Positions 1 through 12,896 of a stretch of DNA of 64,000 bases are shown here, in pieces. The position numbers and the translations under genes were made by a program. The notes beneath the pieces are model-generated. The model was not told the origin of the DNA, searched no databases, and saw only the letters and a program-made list of their open reading frames with translations. Position 1 is the first letter of the stretch, and every line of letters begins with the position of its first letter. The stretch comes from Lytechinus pictus (lineage: Eukaryota): the NCBI RefSeq assembly GCF_037042905.1, contig NC_087246.1, forward strand, positions 5,830,001-5,894,000, written 5' to 3'.

Positions 1-249
1 ACAAACAAAGTAATTACTATATCTGCAGCAATTATACTTTTAGCATATGTACCAAAATAAATACATATCAAGAAAGGTAGCCTAAATAAATTGAGGTTAA
101 TGATTGAATTGTGTATCTTCATGCCTTGATTTCATTTGCATATAATACACTATAATAGTACTATATTAGCATATAATATCATTACACAACTATTCAAAAA
201 ATAAATTATCAGGAGCATCTACATAATGAAGGGTGTGGTCAAAACATAC

Positions 250-403
250 CCCTGCAGAATGGACCATGCACTTTGGTACTCCTGTGGTGCCAGATGAATA
301 CATAATGAAGAGAGGATGGTTGAAGGGTAACTGTTCAAACTCCAATGGTGGGAAGGTGCCATCTGTCTCCTGACCAGACGCCAAAAATTCTGGCAAAAAT
401 GTG
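250..403 (-). CDS. AACS: AACS coding exon 7 (STFLPEFL...[23 protein letters not shown]), AMP-binding loop
   Basis: TTTTGCAG acceptor, GTATG donor, 154 bp, phase 2 to 0; AMP-binding signature YSSGTTGxPK. Confidence 0.95.
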
Positions 404-961
404 CTGCAAAACATGACAATTCAGATTGGAAAGTCTTTGCCTGAATGCAAGAACTGGTGATGTTTTGTCACAATCTTGTTATCTTGTAACAATGTAATGT
501 TTATATCTTTATTATATCATCTCTTAGTTACTTGCCTTGTGTGACCAATCAATATCATACAACCTACTCTCACACACTCCTCTTTATTCTGCATTTTATT
601 TTTTGTACTTGGAAAGTAGTAATCAATTTGAAGTGAAATGCACAATTGTATCTTTTGGAATTTATTCATTTAGGAAAAAAATAGATTTGCAGGCTACAAT
701 CGGCTATTGGACGCAAATAACTGTAATTAAACTGTTACAGACTGATTCAGAAAGGGACACAGGGTCAAAACTACGTAATGGCTTTTAGTTTGTGATGATT
801 AGGAACAGTCTCCAAATGCAAATAATCATATCTGATTGATACACTTATGTTAAGATTAAGTTATATAAACACACAAACACACACACACATGTTATTTCAT
901 CAATTTCTGTGTAGTGTGTAGTCTAAGTACCATTTAGTTCAGACTTTATAAAACAATTTAC

Positions 962-1158
962 CTATTTGGAATGTTTGAGAGGTCAAGTTCAGCCGGTGCT
1001 CTGACGTAGGGTATGACAACAACCTTCTCCAGTTCCGGGAGTCCATCTACGACCTGCCTTAGCTTAGCAAGGTGGTCATGGGTCTTGCCATTATAGATGA
1101 CAGCATCCACAGAGAAGATTACCTTTGGTTTGATCTGTTTGAACCTATCCAACACACC
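962..1158 (-). CDS. AACS: AACS coding exon 6 ([25 protein letters not shown]...LSNIPN)
   Basis: TTCTTAG acceptor, GTAAAT donor, 197 bp, phase 0 to 2; overlaps ORF 958..1155. Confidence 0.94.
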
Positions 1159-2360
1159 CTAAGAACAAGACAGAATATAAAAATAGAATAACTATTTGAA
1201 CAAATGCATATCATAAAAATATATGACTTTCCACAGCTAATCCCTGGAGAGCATTTTTTTGCCTAGCAGACAGAATGGTGTTGGGATTTCCGCATATATC
1301 GAATCCTATTCGTGTTGGTCAGGCAGAAGGATGTTACCTCTTGCAAGCACAGTACATTTCATGTAGCACATTCTTGAGCTAATGCCCTCAGGCAAGTCAC
1401 ACAGGAATTGAAAATCATTGACTGCAATTGCATACAACCTATCACTCTTCTGCGGCCAGGCAATGATTCATCAACATTTTCCTCTGACAAGTTGTCTGAA
1501 ATAAAAAACAGCTCACTTTAAATATCTTGAACGAATTGTTTTCCATGCAGGACTTAGGATCCAGTTTGTAATCTACTTTGATGAAAGCTGGATGGGATGG
1601 GTGCAAAGCTTATGAGATTTCAATTTAAATTGAGCTTTCAATTTTTTTTCTTGTTTACAATGCAACATTAAACACTTTTAGAATCACACGTCCACATAGA
1701 CGACTGATACGAGATGACGTCACGGCATTGCGCATACGTCAGGTCCTCGCCGACTATCAGCATTGAGAACCTTGTTTACCTCCATTCTGCCATTCTCCTA
1801 AATCATAGTCGACGTGCACGTGAGTGACGTCATTTCAACTGCTCAAGCTCAGCATGAAGATAAATTGCAATTGATCTTTTCCCTTTATATAAGACACAGT
1901 TTTCAGTGACTTTTCACAAAACTAATGTAAGCTTTATGATGCATAATCTTCAAATGTATAACTCAAGTAAAAAAATTAAAGCAAGTGAAAGAGCAAGTAT
2001 GCACAAGTTGCATCTTCGCATCACTCGACCAGGTTGTGACGCGATGGTACGCCAGATCTTTCAGGTTGGGCAGAGTGACATGAACCGCTCGCTATCATGC
2101 TGTTTCATGTGGACGTACGTTCACGTTCACATCAAGTGATATCTAAAATATTCTTATCTGTAGTGAACATAGACAAACAACTACTTTGACACACATGATC
2201 AGTCGACTGCTATGCCGTTCTCGTTCATTCATTCTTAAAGTCTCTAATCAAACATCAGTACATGGCAAAATGGCAAATTAATTTCAAATTCTACTTTATA
2301 TGTCTAAAATGGGCTCTCAACAGAGATTTATCTTATAAAGAATTCAAATATCACACTTAC

Positions 2361-2458
2361 AGTTACTCCAAAATCTGGTGATGTGGAGCTCCAAACGGCC
2401 CCTATACTAGCTGCTGCAAGCATGGCCTCAATTGCTACTGCACAGTTGGGAATATAAC
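2361..2458 (-). CDS. AACS: AACS coding exon 5 ([33 protein letters not shown])
   Basis: TTTTTCAG acceptor, GTAAG donor, 98 bp, phase 1 to 0; diagnostic GA.WSS.SPDFG motif. Confidence 0.95.
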
Positions 2459-2904
2459 CTGAAAAAGAGAAAAGGCATAGACAAATTTGTAGCTTTATAC
2501 ATGAAGACCCTTTTTAAAAATCAATTTTGTCTGTTAGGTCTAGAGCGATTCACTGAATTGAAGAAACATCACAAGCAACCTATGTCATTCTGAATTTCAA
2601 TATTCTAAATTCAAATGCAATCAGCTTCAGAAACGACACTCACCACCCAATGGACACTTCTCATAAATCTCATCATGCATCAAGTCATGACACAACTAAT
2701 GAATTCAATAAAGAGACAAAACTATGTCTCTTCAAAGAATATTGCAGTTTCCGAAGGCTGGGGCTTATTTAAACAACAAGACCACTAGCCAAATGAGTTA
2801 AATCTTGTTTTTAACTCCAGTTTAGAAAAGACTTGAGGTTAAGGAAGAATTTGAATTTGAAAACAAATAAAGAAGAGAGAAATCAAACCAACAAGGAGCC
2901 ATTT

Positions 2905-3060
2905 ATGCTGCAATCATATTTCCCCTACAGCAGCCGTACGGCGAGTAAAAAAAACAGCCGTTTTATTCAAACCACCGATATGCAACTGTTACAAAAAATG
3001 TTAACACAGCCGTTTTTACTTGCCATACGGCTGCCATTAGGGAAATGTGACTGGGCCACA
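2905..3060. mobile_element. Short palindromic MITE (relative at ~47262-47358)
   Basis: Left ..CAATCATATTTCCCCTA..CAGCCGTACGG versus right CCATACGGCTG..TAGGGAAATGTGACTG (imperfect inverted); same ends recur near 47265-47357. Confidence 0.55.
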
Positions 3061-3407
3061 AAACTCACTAGATCAGCAGCCTACAGCATCCGTGTCACAA
3101 TGCAAAAATACTGGTGAACTGGAAAAAATCTCTACAATCATTCTTGTCGTTTATAAAAGTACCTACTACTAAACAGGGTTTTTTTTAGGGAGGGTGATGT
3201 CACAAATATTTTGCTTTCACATTGGCAAAAATATGTGGGTTTTTTTTTTTTGGGGGGGGGGGGTAAATAAGGGTAAAGTTCCTGATCAGAGAATACCTGG
3301 TATCCCTAACTTTGAATCAGTCTGAATATATACATATTTTACATTTATTTTTAATGTAATTTTGTCAATCTATTAGGCTTCATACAAGGACATGTGTTTG
3401 TTCTTAC

Positions 3408-3521
3408 CGACCACCCTGTCTCCTGCCTGGACTCCCATCTTCTTTAAAGCTGCAGCAAACTGGCAAACAACGTCATGCAGCTCAGCATACGTTATCCTTT
3501 CAACTTCTTTGTTTCCTTCCA
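3408..3521 (-). CDS. AACS: AACS coding exon 4 ([38 protein letters not shown])
   Basis: TAG acceptor after pyrimidine tract, GTAAG donor, 114 bp, phase 1 to 1; acyl-CoA synthetase TY.EL...G...GDRV motif. Confidence 0.94.
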
Positions 3522-4177
3522 CTATAGTAAAAAGAAAAATGGAAAACAAGGTTATTACACACATATCACAAAGAAATAAAATAATTCACTAACCATTTTC
3601 TTTTTTTCTTCTTTTTTTCCATCACAAAGGCTCAAAATTATTGAATTATTTTGCCATTCAAAAAAGTATAGAAACTTCTTAATCTGCTACTCTGGCAAAT
3701 ATGAGGAATAATTGCAAACATATATATTTGATTATTTGCAGTTGTCAAAGTTACAATTCTTTTGAATTTTGCCATGTATTCTATCAATTTTAATTGGTAA
3801 TCTTTGTAAATATTGCAAATTTTTTTCAAAATATGATTAATACAAACTTTAATTGATTTTACATAAATATTTGCAAATAAAGTGAAAACGTCATCACATA
3901 AGTGTCAACAGGGTAATTTGATACTTGATGGAGGGCAAGAAAACCTAAAGAATGCTTTAATTATTTTTAAATAGAACATTAGGGGTAGCATAAGACCACT
4001 TTCTTCCTTTTTTGGGCCCTCTGCTTTCATCTTTCCCCTCTATTCCTTTTTCGTCCACTTTTTTCCCTTATTTGTTTTCTTCTTCCTTCCCCCCCCCCTT
4101 TTTTTAGTACTAAAAAGTCACCGGGGGATATTCGCCCTCTTCAAATATTGGGGGATTTTTTAAATATGATTACATAC

Positions 4178-4295
4178 CTGCAGCAAAAAGAGCAACCCTG
4201 TCATCTCTATACCTCAGAAGATTTTCAGCAAAGTTGAGTCTGCTGCCCTCAAACCACACTGGTACTTCATCTATTCCTTTATGTGGATCAACTAC
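4178..4295 (-). CDS. AACS: AACS coding exon 3 ([39 protein letters not shown])
   Basis: TTTTTTACAG acceptor, GTATG donor, 118 bp, phase 0 to 1; conserved WF.G.RLN.AENLL motif. Confidence 0.94.
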
Positions 4296-5491
4296 CTGTA
4301 AAAAATATAAGTTGTAACAATGTCAATATGTACATGTATTAGAAGAAAGAATGTTTTATAGAAGTGAGTCACAGTGCTTGTTATGAATTGGTATTCATAC
4401 AACATTGGAAAACAGGATATACATAAAATCACAAAGTATTGACATAAAAATCTGGACTCAATACTTGGTGAAAACAATGGGGTAGATGAGTTCATCATCA
4501 TTATCCCTAAAAATGGGGTAAACTCCATGTCATTGGGATGCCAACCAAAAAGAGTGGTGCTGTTTACACAAATTTTATTCCTAATTATTTTCAAAACCAA
4601 GGGGGCTATTCCAACAAATTTGGAATCACTATAATACTAAATTCAAAAGCTAATAATCTAGAAAGTTTCATTATTATATTTCACCAAGTCATAATACAAA
4701 ACTCTGAATTGTCTTTGTCACATGCATTCCTTGTTCAATTTCGAGGAAATTTCAGTGTTTTCTTTGTCTGATTTTAATCTATGTATTCAAATCACATAAT
4801 TTTCAGCCTGGAGTTCCCTTTTAAATCAGATCACCACACCAGATTACACCAAGAAGTAATGGTAATACAGTAAATTAAGTTCAGGATGATATTGCTGTAA
4901 TTAATTGAGTATAATTGTTCATTTACTGACATTGCATATTTGTGTCAAATTTGTCCTCCGATACGAATCTATCTTCCAGAATTAGGAAATCCATATGAAA
5001 ATAATTAAGGCGAGTACATGTAGCACAGCCACCACAGAAAAGCAGTATAGTTGGAATTTCAGTGAAATCAATAACGACATGGCAGTAACACTTTTAATAT
5101 CATGGTACTCCATGATCCATATTACTGCGCATACATTTATTTGCAGCAAATAGACAATGGTAAATAAATAGCATAACACATGACACATTTGATTTCTTTT
5201 GCAGTTTTTTAAAGCTTTCATAAGACTATAACTTTTCTGCTAAACTTGTAATTTTCAAAATTTTCCATGTCAAGAAAATGTCTTAGTATATTAGACTCCA
5301 TGCTCAACAGTTTGCATTTCAATTTAGATTATTTTGTAAACAAAATATAATATGAACATGGAAATTTGCTGACTTTCATGAGAAAACTGAACTTTGGGCC
5401 ACCTTTTGCTGTATAATGAAACTTGTTATACAGAGGCAGAATACATTGTTAGTCAGCAGCATAGAAATAGAAACATGTACATAATTCTTAC

Positions 5492-5595
5492 CCTGGTGTA
5501 TGGTTGAGAATGTACAATGTCAAAATATTTCCAGCATTCTCCCCAGAATTCAGCATAATGATCCACTGACCACTGCCAAAGGTCATCGTATGTTT
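5492..5595 (-). CDS. AACS: AACS coding exon 2 (ETYDDLWQWSVDHYAEFWGECWKYFDIVHSQPYTR)
   Basis: CAG acceptor, GTAAG donor, 104 bp, phase 1 to 0; too short for the ORF track. Confidence 0.93.
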
Positions 5596-5805
5596 CTGTG
5601 TAGGATAAAGGGGGGGGGGGAATTACTTTAAAATATCTAATTGCTTGCTCAGAGCAAAACTTAATTTATAGTCATTAATAACAACAAGAACAAATATATA
5701 TACAGTTTAGATATTATTAATAATTAATTTCCATCTCATTATCACTGAAAACTATTGAACATTAATGTCAATAATTATAATGTAGCAAAGTAGTAATTGA
5801 TTAGC

Positions 5806-5910
5806 AGTAGTAGTAGTTGTAGGTAGTTAGTACTTAGTAGTAGCAAGTAGTAGTAGTAGTAGTAGTGGTAGGTGGTGGTGGTGGTGGTGGTGGTGGTAGT
5901 AGTAGTAGTA
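5806..5910. repeat. (GTA)n/(GGT)n compound microsatellite, continuing after 10998 as (AGT/AGC)n
   Basis: Read directly; split by the 5911-10998 insertion. Confidence 0.85.
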
Positions 5911-8900
5911 GGGCTATTTCACATTAAGTGTACACTTCTGAAAAAATGGATTTTCCCCCTTTTTAGCTGATTTGTAGCATTCAATTTATTGTACTTGCGA
6001 TTTGGTTTGATGCACCTGATCTATTCCAATCTACAGTTGCAATTTCATGATGGTTCGAGTACTTTTTCTGTTAATTTTCAGCATTTTTTGTGCATTTTTA
6101 ACAGAAAATGGAGTCTCATTCAACATTTTCAAAAAAGTTCATTGATATCTTGGATAAATTTGAAGAGAGATGTGTTAAATATTAATGTTATGGAAAAGTA
6201 CAACTAGTTATCAATATAATAAACTTTATTTGATCGAATTTGACCCATAATTGAGAAACTTATGAATATTCTTGTAAAATGTGTCTTCTCTGTTAAACAA
6301 AAAAGATATGTCCTCTCCAGAACATATATGTCACCAGCAGTGAATTAAATTGATAAATGAGTGCAAAAACTCTGCTAATTCAATCTTCAGAATGCATGTA
6401 AGTCAAGACATATGTCAAATCTTTGACTCTAATTTGCTGGATACTTTTTATCTCTTGGCTATTTTGATGTATCAATTCTCTGTTAAAAGTGCGTCCTCTC
6501 CAGAACGTTAAACTTTTTCATTTTTTGAAGCACTAAGGAATCTGATACCCATTATTGTGGTGTAGAAATAATAGTATACTTCAGTTCAACATTATGAGAT
6601 TGAATTTTCCCTCTTAATTCATATAGATGGTGAGTAATTCACACTTATGCAAAGTTAAATGGAATGTCCTCTCCAGTACAAAGGTACTTCATTTTTTAAC
6701 AATGTGCAGAAATAATAATTTTAACAAGAAAAGCCCTTCTTTTATGTAAGAAAATAATGATCTGTTGTTGGTCACAGAGATATAATTAATAAAATATCAT
6801 TTTATTTATGAGAATTTCATTCTCAATTGAATTATATTTTACATTATCAATATAATTGGGCAATATAGGAGGATCAGACGAAAAAATTCTCACACCATGT
6901 TTGGATATTCAAGAAAATTTAATGTGATACTATTTGTAATTGTGTAAATGACAAAATCTGCTGATCCTGGCACTTATATACTACCCTTACAAGCAGCAAA
7001 CTGTATGGTTTCATGTTGTTCTGGAGAGGACATTTATTTTAACACAATGGTTGCATTTACTCTTGGGTCACTTGTACACATATCTAGAGCTAACTACTGA
7101 TTTATTTTTATTCTAAAGTTGTAGGGTGGCTAAATGGCATTATGGTTCTTACTACAGGGCAATTCCATGTTGCTCAAATTACACATTGTAGGCACCCTAG
7201 AATATATTCTAATTGCCACATTTTTTACCATGGAGTTTGACAATCTCTTTTCTGTACAAGGTGTGTGATTTCTTAATACACCTTGGTATATTATTATAAT
7301 TTGATTCAACAAGTCTATCAGAAAATTTTGAAATTATGCAAACTTTTGGTACTAATAAGAGCATGACTTTATAAAAAAAAGCCTCATACACTGTACAGTA
7401 TGTACATACCAAGCAGTGGGTAATGGGTATGTGATTTCTGACAGAGGTTCACAAGTGTACATGTAGAAGCTCAAAATTTTAGAAACATAATGATTGACAA
7501 TTTTACCAAAATTAGTTTTACTCATGTTACACATTACATAATCATTGTCATGCTCCTGACCATGAAACTTTAACAGCTTGAAGCTGAATATTTAGATACA
7601 TGATTATTCAATATTTGGGGCGTAAAACTGTTTCTTACATGTATAACCTACATGTATTTTATATGGTTAATCGTCAACATTCAAGTAAAATATTCTAGTT
7701 ATAGTACATTTTATTAAGTGAAGTGGTGCAGAGTGAAAAATATTGTCCTTCTATTCTCTTTAAAAATTAAATCACTTGCAAGTTTCTGTGGTTCACTCAG
7801 GAGACTCTTATATTTTAACCGTAGTTAGTCCTTTAAGATTTTAATAATTGTTAAATTTTTTTACAACTAGCAAAATGAGTATTTAAAATATATCTATAGA
7901 CTCAACTGTGCAATCTTATCCAACCAAACACGTGAATCAAGCAAACCTATCTGATGATACTTGTACATTTTAACTACATGTTCTTGAAGAACAGAATAAT
8001 CTTGTAAAAGATAATTAAATTACTCTGACCAAAACATTTTCTCTATTGCATTTCTTGATGAAAGAAAATATACCCCAACAAAAAAAATGTGAAAACAGAA
8101 AGTGCTACCCTTTGTCCTCTACCAAACTAAAATCAAATGCAGATGTACATGTATATTGGTTGGTATCCATTTGTGATTCTCACCCAGGTTAATCATTTAA
8201 TTCATATTTCTACTTGAAAGCAATGTACATGTACATATAGTACCAAAATGGTAGAAATTATTGGTAGTAAGCATTTGGCCACATGCAATAATCATATCGA
8301 CTTGTATAACGAAAGATACAGTTTCATTCATCATTATTGATGAAAAGTCTGAGAAAGGTGTGATCAGAAGACCTGAAATGGCTGTGATTTTTGGTTAAAT
8401 CAGGTTTATCTTACTTGATCTTCAAGCTTTTCTTGCGGTAGAAAATTTTATCTCTAGGATTTGGTCACTATCAATGCACTAGTTCTGTAACTATGACTTG
8501 GTAGTCACCCATATTTCCTACTGCAATTACTTCTCCTGGGTTAAGGACCCCTTCATTCTCAACAGCATAGCACTAGCCAGTCTCACCGAAATGGACAGTA
8601 TCATGGCTCATGGTTGATAGTGATGTGGGCATGCTACTTTCATCAAGAGGAGCATCTTCCAGAAGCTGGTATGCAGCCACACTCCCCATGCGCCTTGAAA
8701 AGATTCTATTTGATAGGCTTTGATTTCTGAAAAAATGATTGCAGAATAAAGCTTCTGTTTCTGTGATCGCTTTGATTCATTAGTAAAACACTGAAATTCA
8801 TCATACCTGATGCAGTAGCAACAGGAGTGGAAGACATTGAACCATTCGTGACAATTTCCTTTTGTGTTTTACCTGCATTCAGACATCATGCTTTATAAAA

Positions 8901-10998
8901 CCCTGATCCCTTAAAACTAGACCTTTTCCCTGCTAGGTCTCAAGAAATTTTACTTCAGATTGATCTGTTGTCTGGCTTTAAGAACTGGTATTGCTTCAGC
9001 AAATATACTTGTTTTTAAACAGCATTGCTAGTCCATCAGACTGCTAACACTTTGTTCTTTGTGTGATTCAAGTTGTCACATACAATCAGGAGTCAAGTTT
9101 TCCTGCAGACCACTTTACCACTGTCTTTGGTTCAAGTGTGCACTTTGAATATCATCTTGGCAACACATGTATAGTTTTTTGACAAATCCACAGGCACAAA
9201 CTATGTGGGCGTTTACTACTTAGTAGTAGCCTAGTAGTTTATATCGCATAGATTTTAGCACTGTCGAAAGGAGACCTCTTTGCAGATTTAGCTTCTTTTT
9301 TTTTTCTCTCTACAGTGCAACACTTTTCAGGGTGATTAAGTTCCTTCAGCTAAAAAACCAAAGACGGGGGTATTTAGTCACTCTCTGCATTAACATACTG
9401 CCATTTATCTGTTCTATATGAACTCGAATCGATAGCAATAATAATAATCATAATAATTATAATAATGTTATTAATAATAATAATAGTAATGGTAATAATA
9501 ACAAAAACAATAATAAAAATTTTTGATAATAATAATAAAACACTACTACTAATATTATAGTAATAATGGTAAATAATACAAAAAATGTTTCATTAATCAT
9601 GTTAAACATAGTCAAAGCAGGTGCTAAATGTGCACTTATGTGATGTTATTTTTCATGAAGACCCGATGATAACTATGAAAAACGAAAGGCCTATGGCAGT
9701 ACTATTAAAGGTATGCCTACATGTATTTTAATAATTAATAGTATATGTACTTTGTTAAACATTGTCCTCTGATACTACAGGACACCTGTGTAAGTTTTCA
9801 TTTTGGCAAATGGGCTGCATTTTTAGTGTTTTAAGCATTCATCATTTACTACTGCACCAGCAGTTAAATATACAAGGAACGTTGGTTTGGATAATATATG
9901 CTGATGTTTTAGTTAAAATTCCTACACCTGTAAATACTACTTTTATTGTTGTATGTAGGGTATATATGTTTACTTATTACTGTGCATTTCTCTTAAGCAA
10001 AGAATGTCAAATGATTAAATTCCAAGCAAAAAAGTTGCATTCAAATAAACTGTTAAACAAAATGTCCTCTCCAGAACTTATCAATGAGTAACACTTCGAG
10101 GGCTCACACTACAAAAATCTAAATAACATTAATAATGAACACACCAAGAAACTTCAGAGGTATCACTTTAATGATAAAATACTGATTATTTGATATGTCA
10201 ATGTGTGTTATTAAAAACTTAAACAAATTAGGGCCATATTTTCTGACATGTTATATTTAAGTTGCATTTATGGTGAAAACTTTGTAGTTTATATTATTCC
10301 CAAATGTGTCATTTTGCTCTGTAACATTGCAGTAACATTTGGCATGTTATATAAATTATAATTGATGCACAGTTATTCACATATTAACTCACATTCTTGG
10401 AGTTCATACATGTAGGGAATATCGTTAAACAATTGTCCTCTCCAGTATACTGAGATAAATGAAGGTTTGGAAGCTCATGTTTGATTAGGTCTCTCACTTA
10501 TTTGATCATTATACCCCTAAATAAATAGTTTAGACCTAAATAAAACAGTGTAATTCAAATTTGAAGCTATATCAAAATAAAAAAATGGATTCCATGATGT
10601 TATTACATAAATTTTACCCCTTTGTATCCCATTTCGCCATACCGCACACTAATTTCATGGCAAAATACAGAATGCCTGAAGGTGAAATGAGTATATTGAC
10701 ATTTGATAAGCAATACAGATGCCTACAAATGAACGCAAAACCATTTGTATAATAGTTACAGGGTTATAAGGTTGATGTGTTTCTTGTTAAACAAAATGTC
10801 CTCTCCAGACGCCTATTTTTTTTACCGTATTTCAGTGAACTTTTTAAACATGTAAAAATGGACTTGACGCTCTGTAATTTTAGATATTAAAGGTATATAT
10901 CATTAAGTTTCAGAATCTGTGAAGTTTTTCACCCAACAACAACTTTCATTTTTGACCCCCAGTGAGACTAAAAGTGTACACTTAGTGTGAAATGACCC
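5911..10998. mobile_element. 5.1-kb non-autonomous DNA transposon with 27-bp TIRs and apparent 4-bp TSD (AGTA), in AACS intron 1; possibly Sola-like
   Basis: Left GGGCTATTTCACATTAAGTGTACACTT versus reverse complement of right end GGGTCATTTCACACTAAGTGTACACTT; AGTA on both flanks; repeated subterminal motif TGTCCTCTCCAG; no intact ORF. Confidence 0.8.
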
Positions 10999-12441
10999 AG
11001 TAGCAGCAGCAGCAGCAGCAGCAGTAGAAGAAGTAGTAGTAAGCAAATAACTGTTGGTGAAGGTGATGGGCAAACATCACTTTCAAAGCAAGCTGGATTT
11101 AGCTATTCCAAAGTGAAGATGTTCAACCTACAAGTAATTTACTCCTGAAATTTATCTTTTCTTTTACAAAATAATTGTACATTTGTGATGGATTTTTCTT
11201 AAATTGTAAATCATACACAATAGGGTCCCATGTCAGTTGATGAATAAACAGCTTCCATTTAAGATTGAATATACATTAATGCATGCCTACCAGCAAATTC
11301 CAACAGGATGGGAAGCATCAAAATTTATGATCTTCGTGATGCATTTATAAAATATAATTGCAGGTACCAAATGAATGCAGCAGATCTATGCAGACAACAT
11401 CCAGAATTAAATTAATCTTTTTCATAATTTTCTTTCTTTTGAATCTATGTTTGGTTTTAGGTAAACAAATACATGCAGACTTTAAATATTTTATCATCTT
11501 TTGATTTGTTCCGGGTTAAGTTATAACAGATTTATTTTATCCGCCACTTTAAAAAAAAAAAGAATTTAAAAGTTATGTCTTTCATTTCTCATTTAATCAT
11601 TGAAAGATTAAAAAAAAAATCTTTTTAACATTCTGGTTCACTTTGCATGAAAACTGACTATTATCATAACTTTGCCATTATGGTAAACTACCATTGAAAT
11701 CTTGATTTGGCTTAACATCATATCTTGTATGATGTGAAATAACAAGGCAATGTATGTCATTGTGCAGCAATTATAGTTTCTGCACATCAATATGTAGCTC
11801 AACGAAGAATCAAAACATCTATCTATCTGGCATGCAATCTATGTATCGCATTGGCAAGGCAAGTTACATTGTTTTGCCAAATCAACAACATGTAAAGTTG
11901 CTGAAAAATTTAATTTTTGAGAGCTGAAATTTTGAGAGATATTCATGGCTCTTATATATAACTCACCCCATTTGTGTTATGTCACTCAAATATAATGATG
12001 GCACATCTATCGGTATAAAAATGGTCATAACTTTAACAATATTTACCCTATCCATACAAGAGTATACTTCTTCTGAAAGGAAATTTCATGATTCTAAAAA
12101 TGGCATTAAAATGAGGTACGGTGCATTTAGTTTCTAATAAATCTGAATTTATTAATGATTCTATGATTTGTGTATAGATTATTATACTTGTTATATTAAG
12201 CTGTAAAATGAGACCAAAGCAAAGGTATATATAGCCCCTTGAAAACAAAAGTTATGCATGTTTAATACTAAATGTAGCAGTACAACAATCTCATATAATG
12301 AGTAGCTGCTTCCACAATATCTACCCTTGTTTTATTACATCTAGCAATGTCATTAAGTGACGGGCATACAAACTTATACTTTCAAATGACACCCACTCCA
12401 TGACCATACATCTGCATTCGGCAAAAAAATCACATCATAGG

Positions 12442-12896
12442 AGGTGGTTTCAAACCGCCTCGATCATAAGAATCCCTGTTAAATTATGAGAACTTAATTA
12501 TTCCTGCATTCACACTGCCCCGAAACATACCCTTCGGGATAAGTTCCTGAAGGTACGAGCATGCGCAGTATGGTCTGATAAGCAGGCAAGGCGCGAGATT
12601 CAAAATCACTACCTCAGCAGCCACCCAAGGCGCCCGCGCCCAACTACACGCTGGGCTAAAAGTTCCCGTAAATTGCTTTCACATTTCCAAAAATACCTGC
12701 GACCTTGGAAAAATCCCCGCGAAAGTCTTCGTAATTTTGACAAGTACCTACTATTTAGTGGGTATTTTCTTTCGGGGAGATTACGCGTAATTTGCTTTCA
12801 CATTGCCAATATTACCTGGTATTTTCTGATCGGGGTAAATTTCCGGATCAGAAAATACCTGGAACTGACGAACTTCAAGGCGGTCTGAAACCACCT
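12442..12896. mobile_element. MITE (Harbinger-like ends), copy A
   Basis: TIR AGGTGGTTTCA(A/G)ACCGCCT at both ends; highly similar inverted copy at 55638-56049. Confidence 0.85.

Noticed and set aside
1710..1835. Cluster of TGACGTCA and CACGTG motifs in AACS intron 5 as an enhancer
   Set aside because: It appears to sit inside a decayed MITE-like segment (~1667-2247), and nothing in the sequence supports function.
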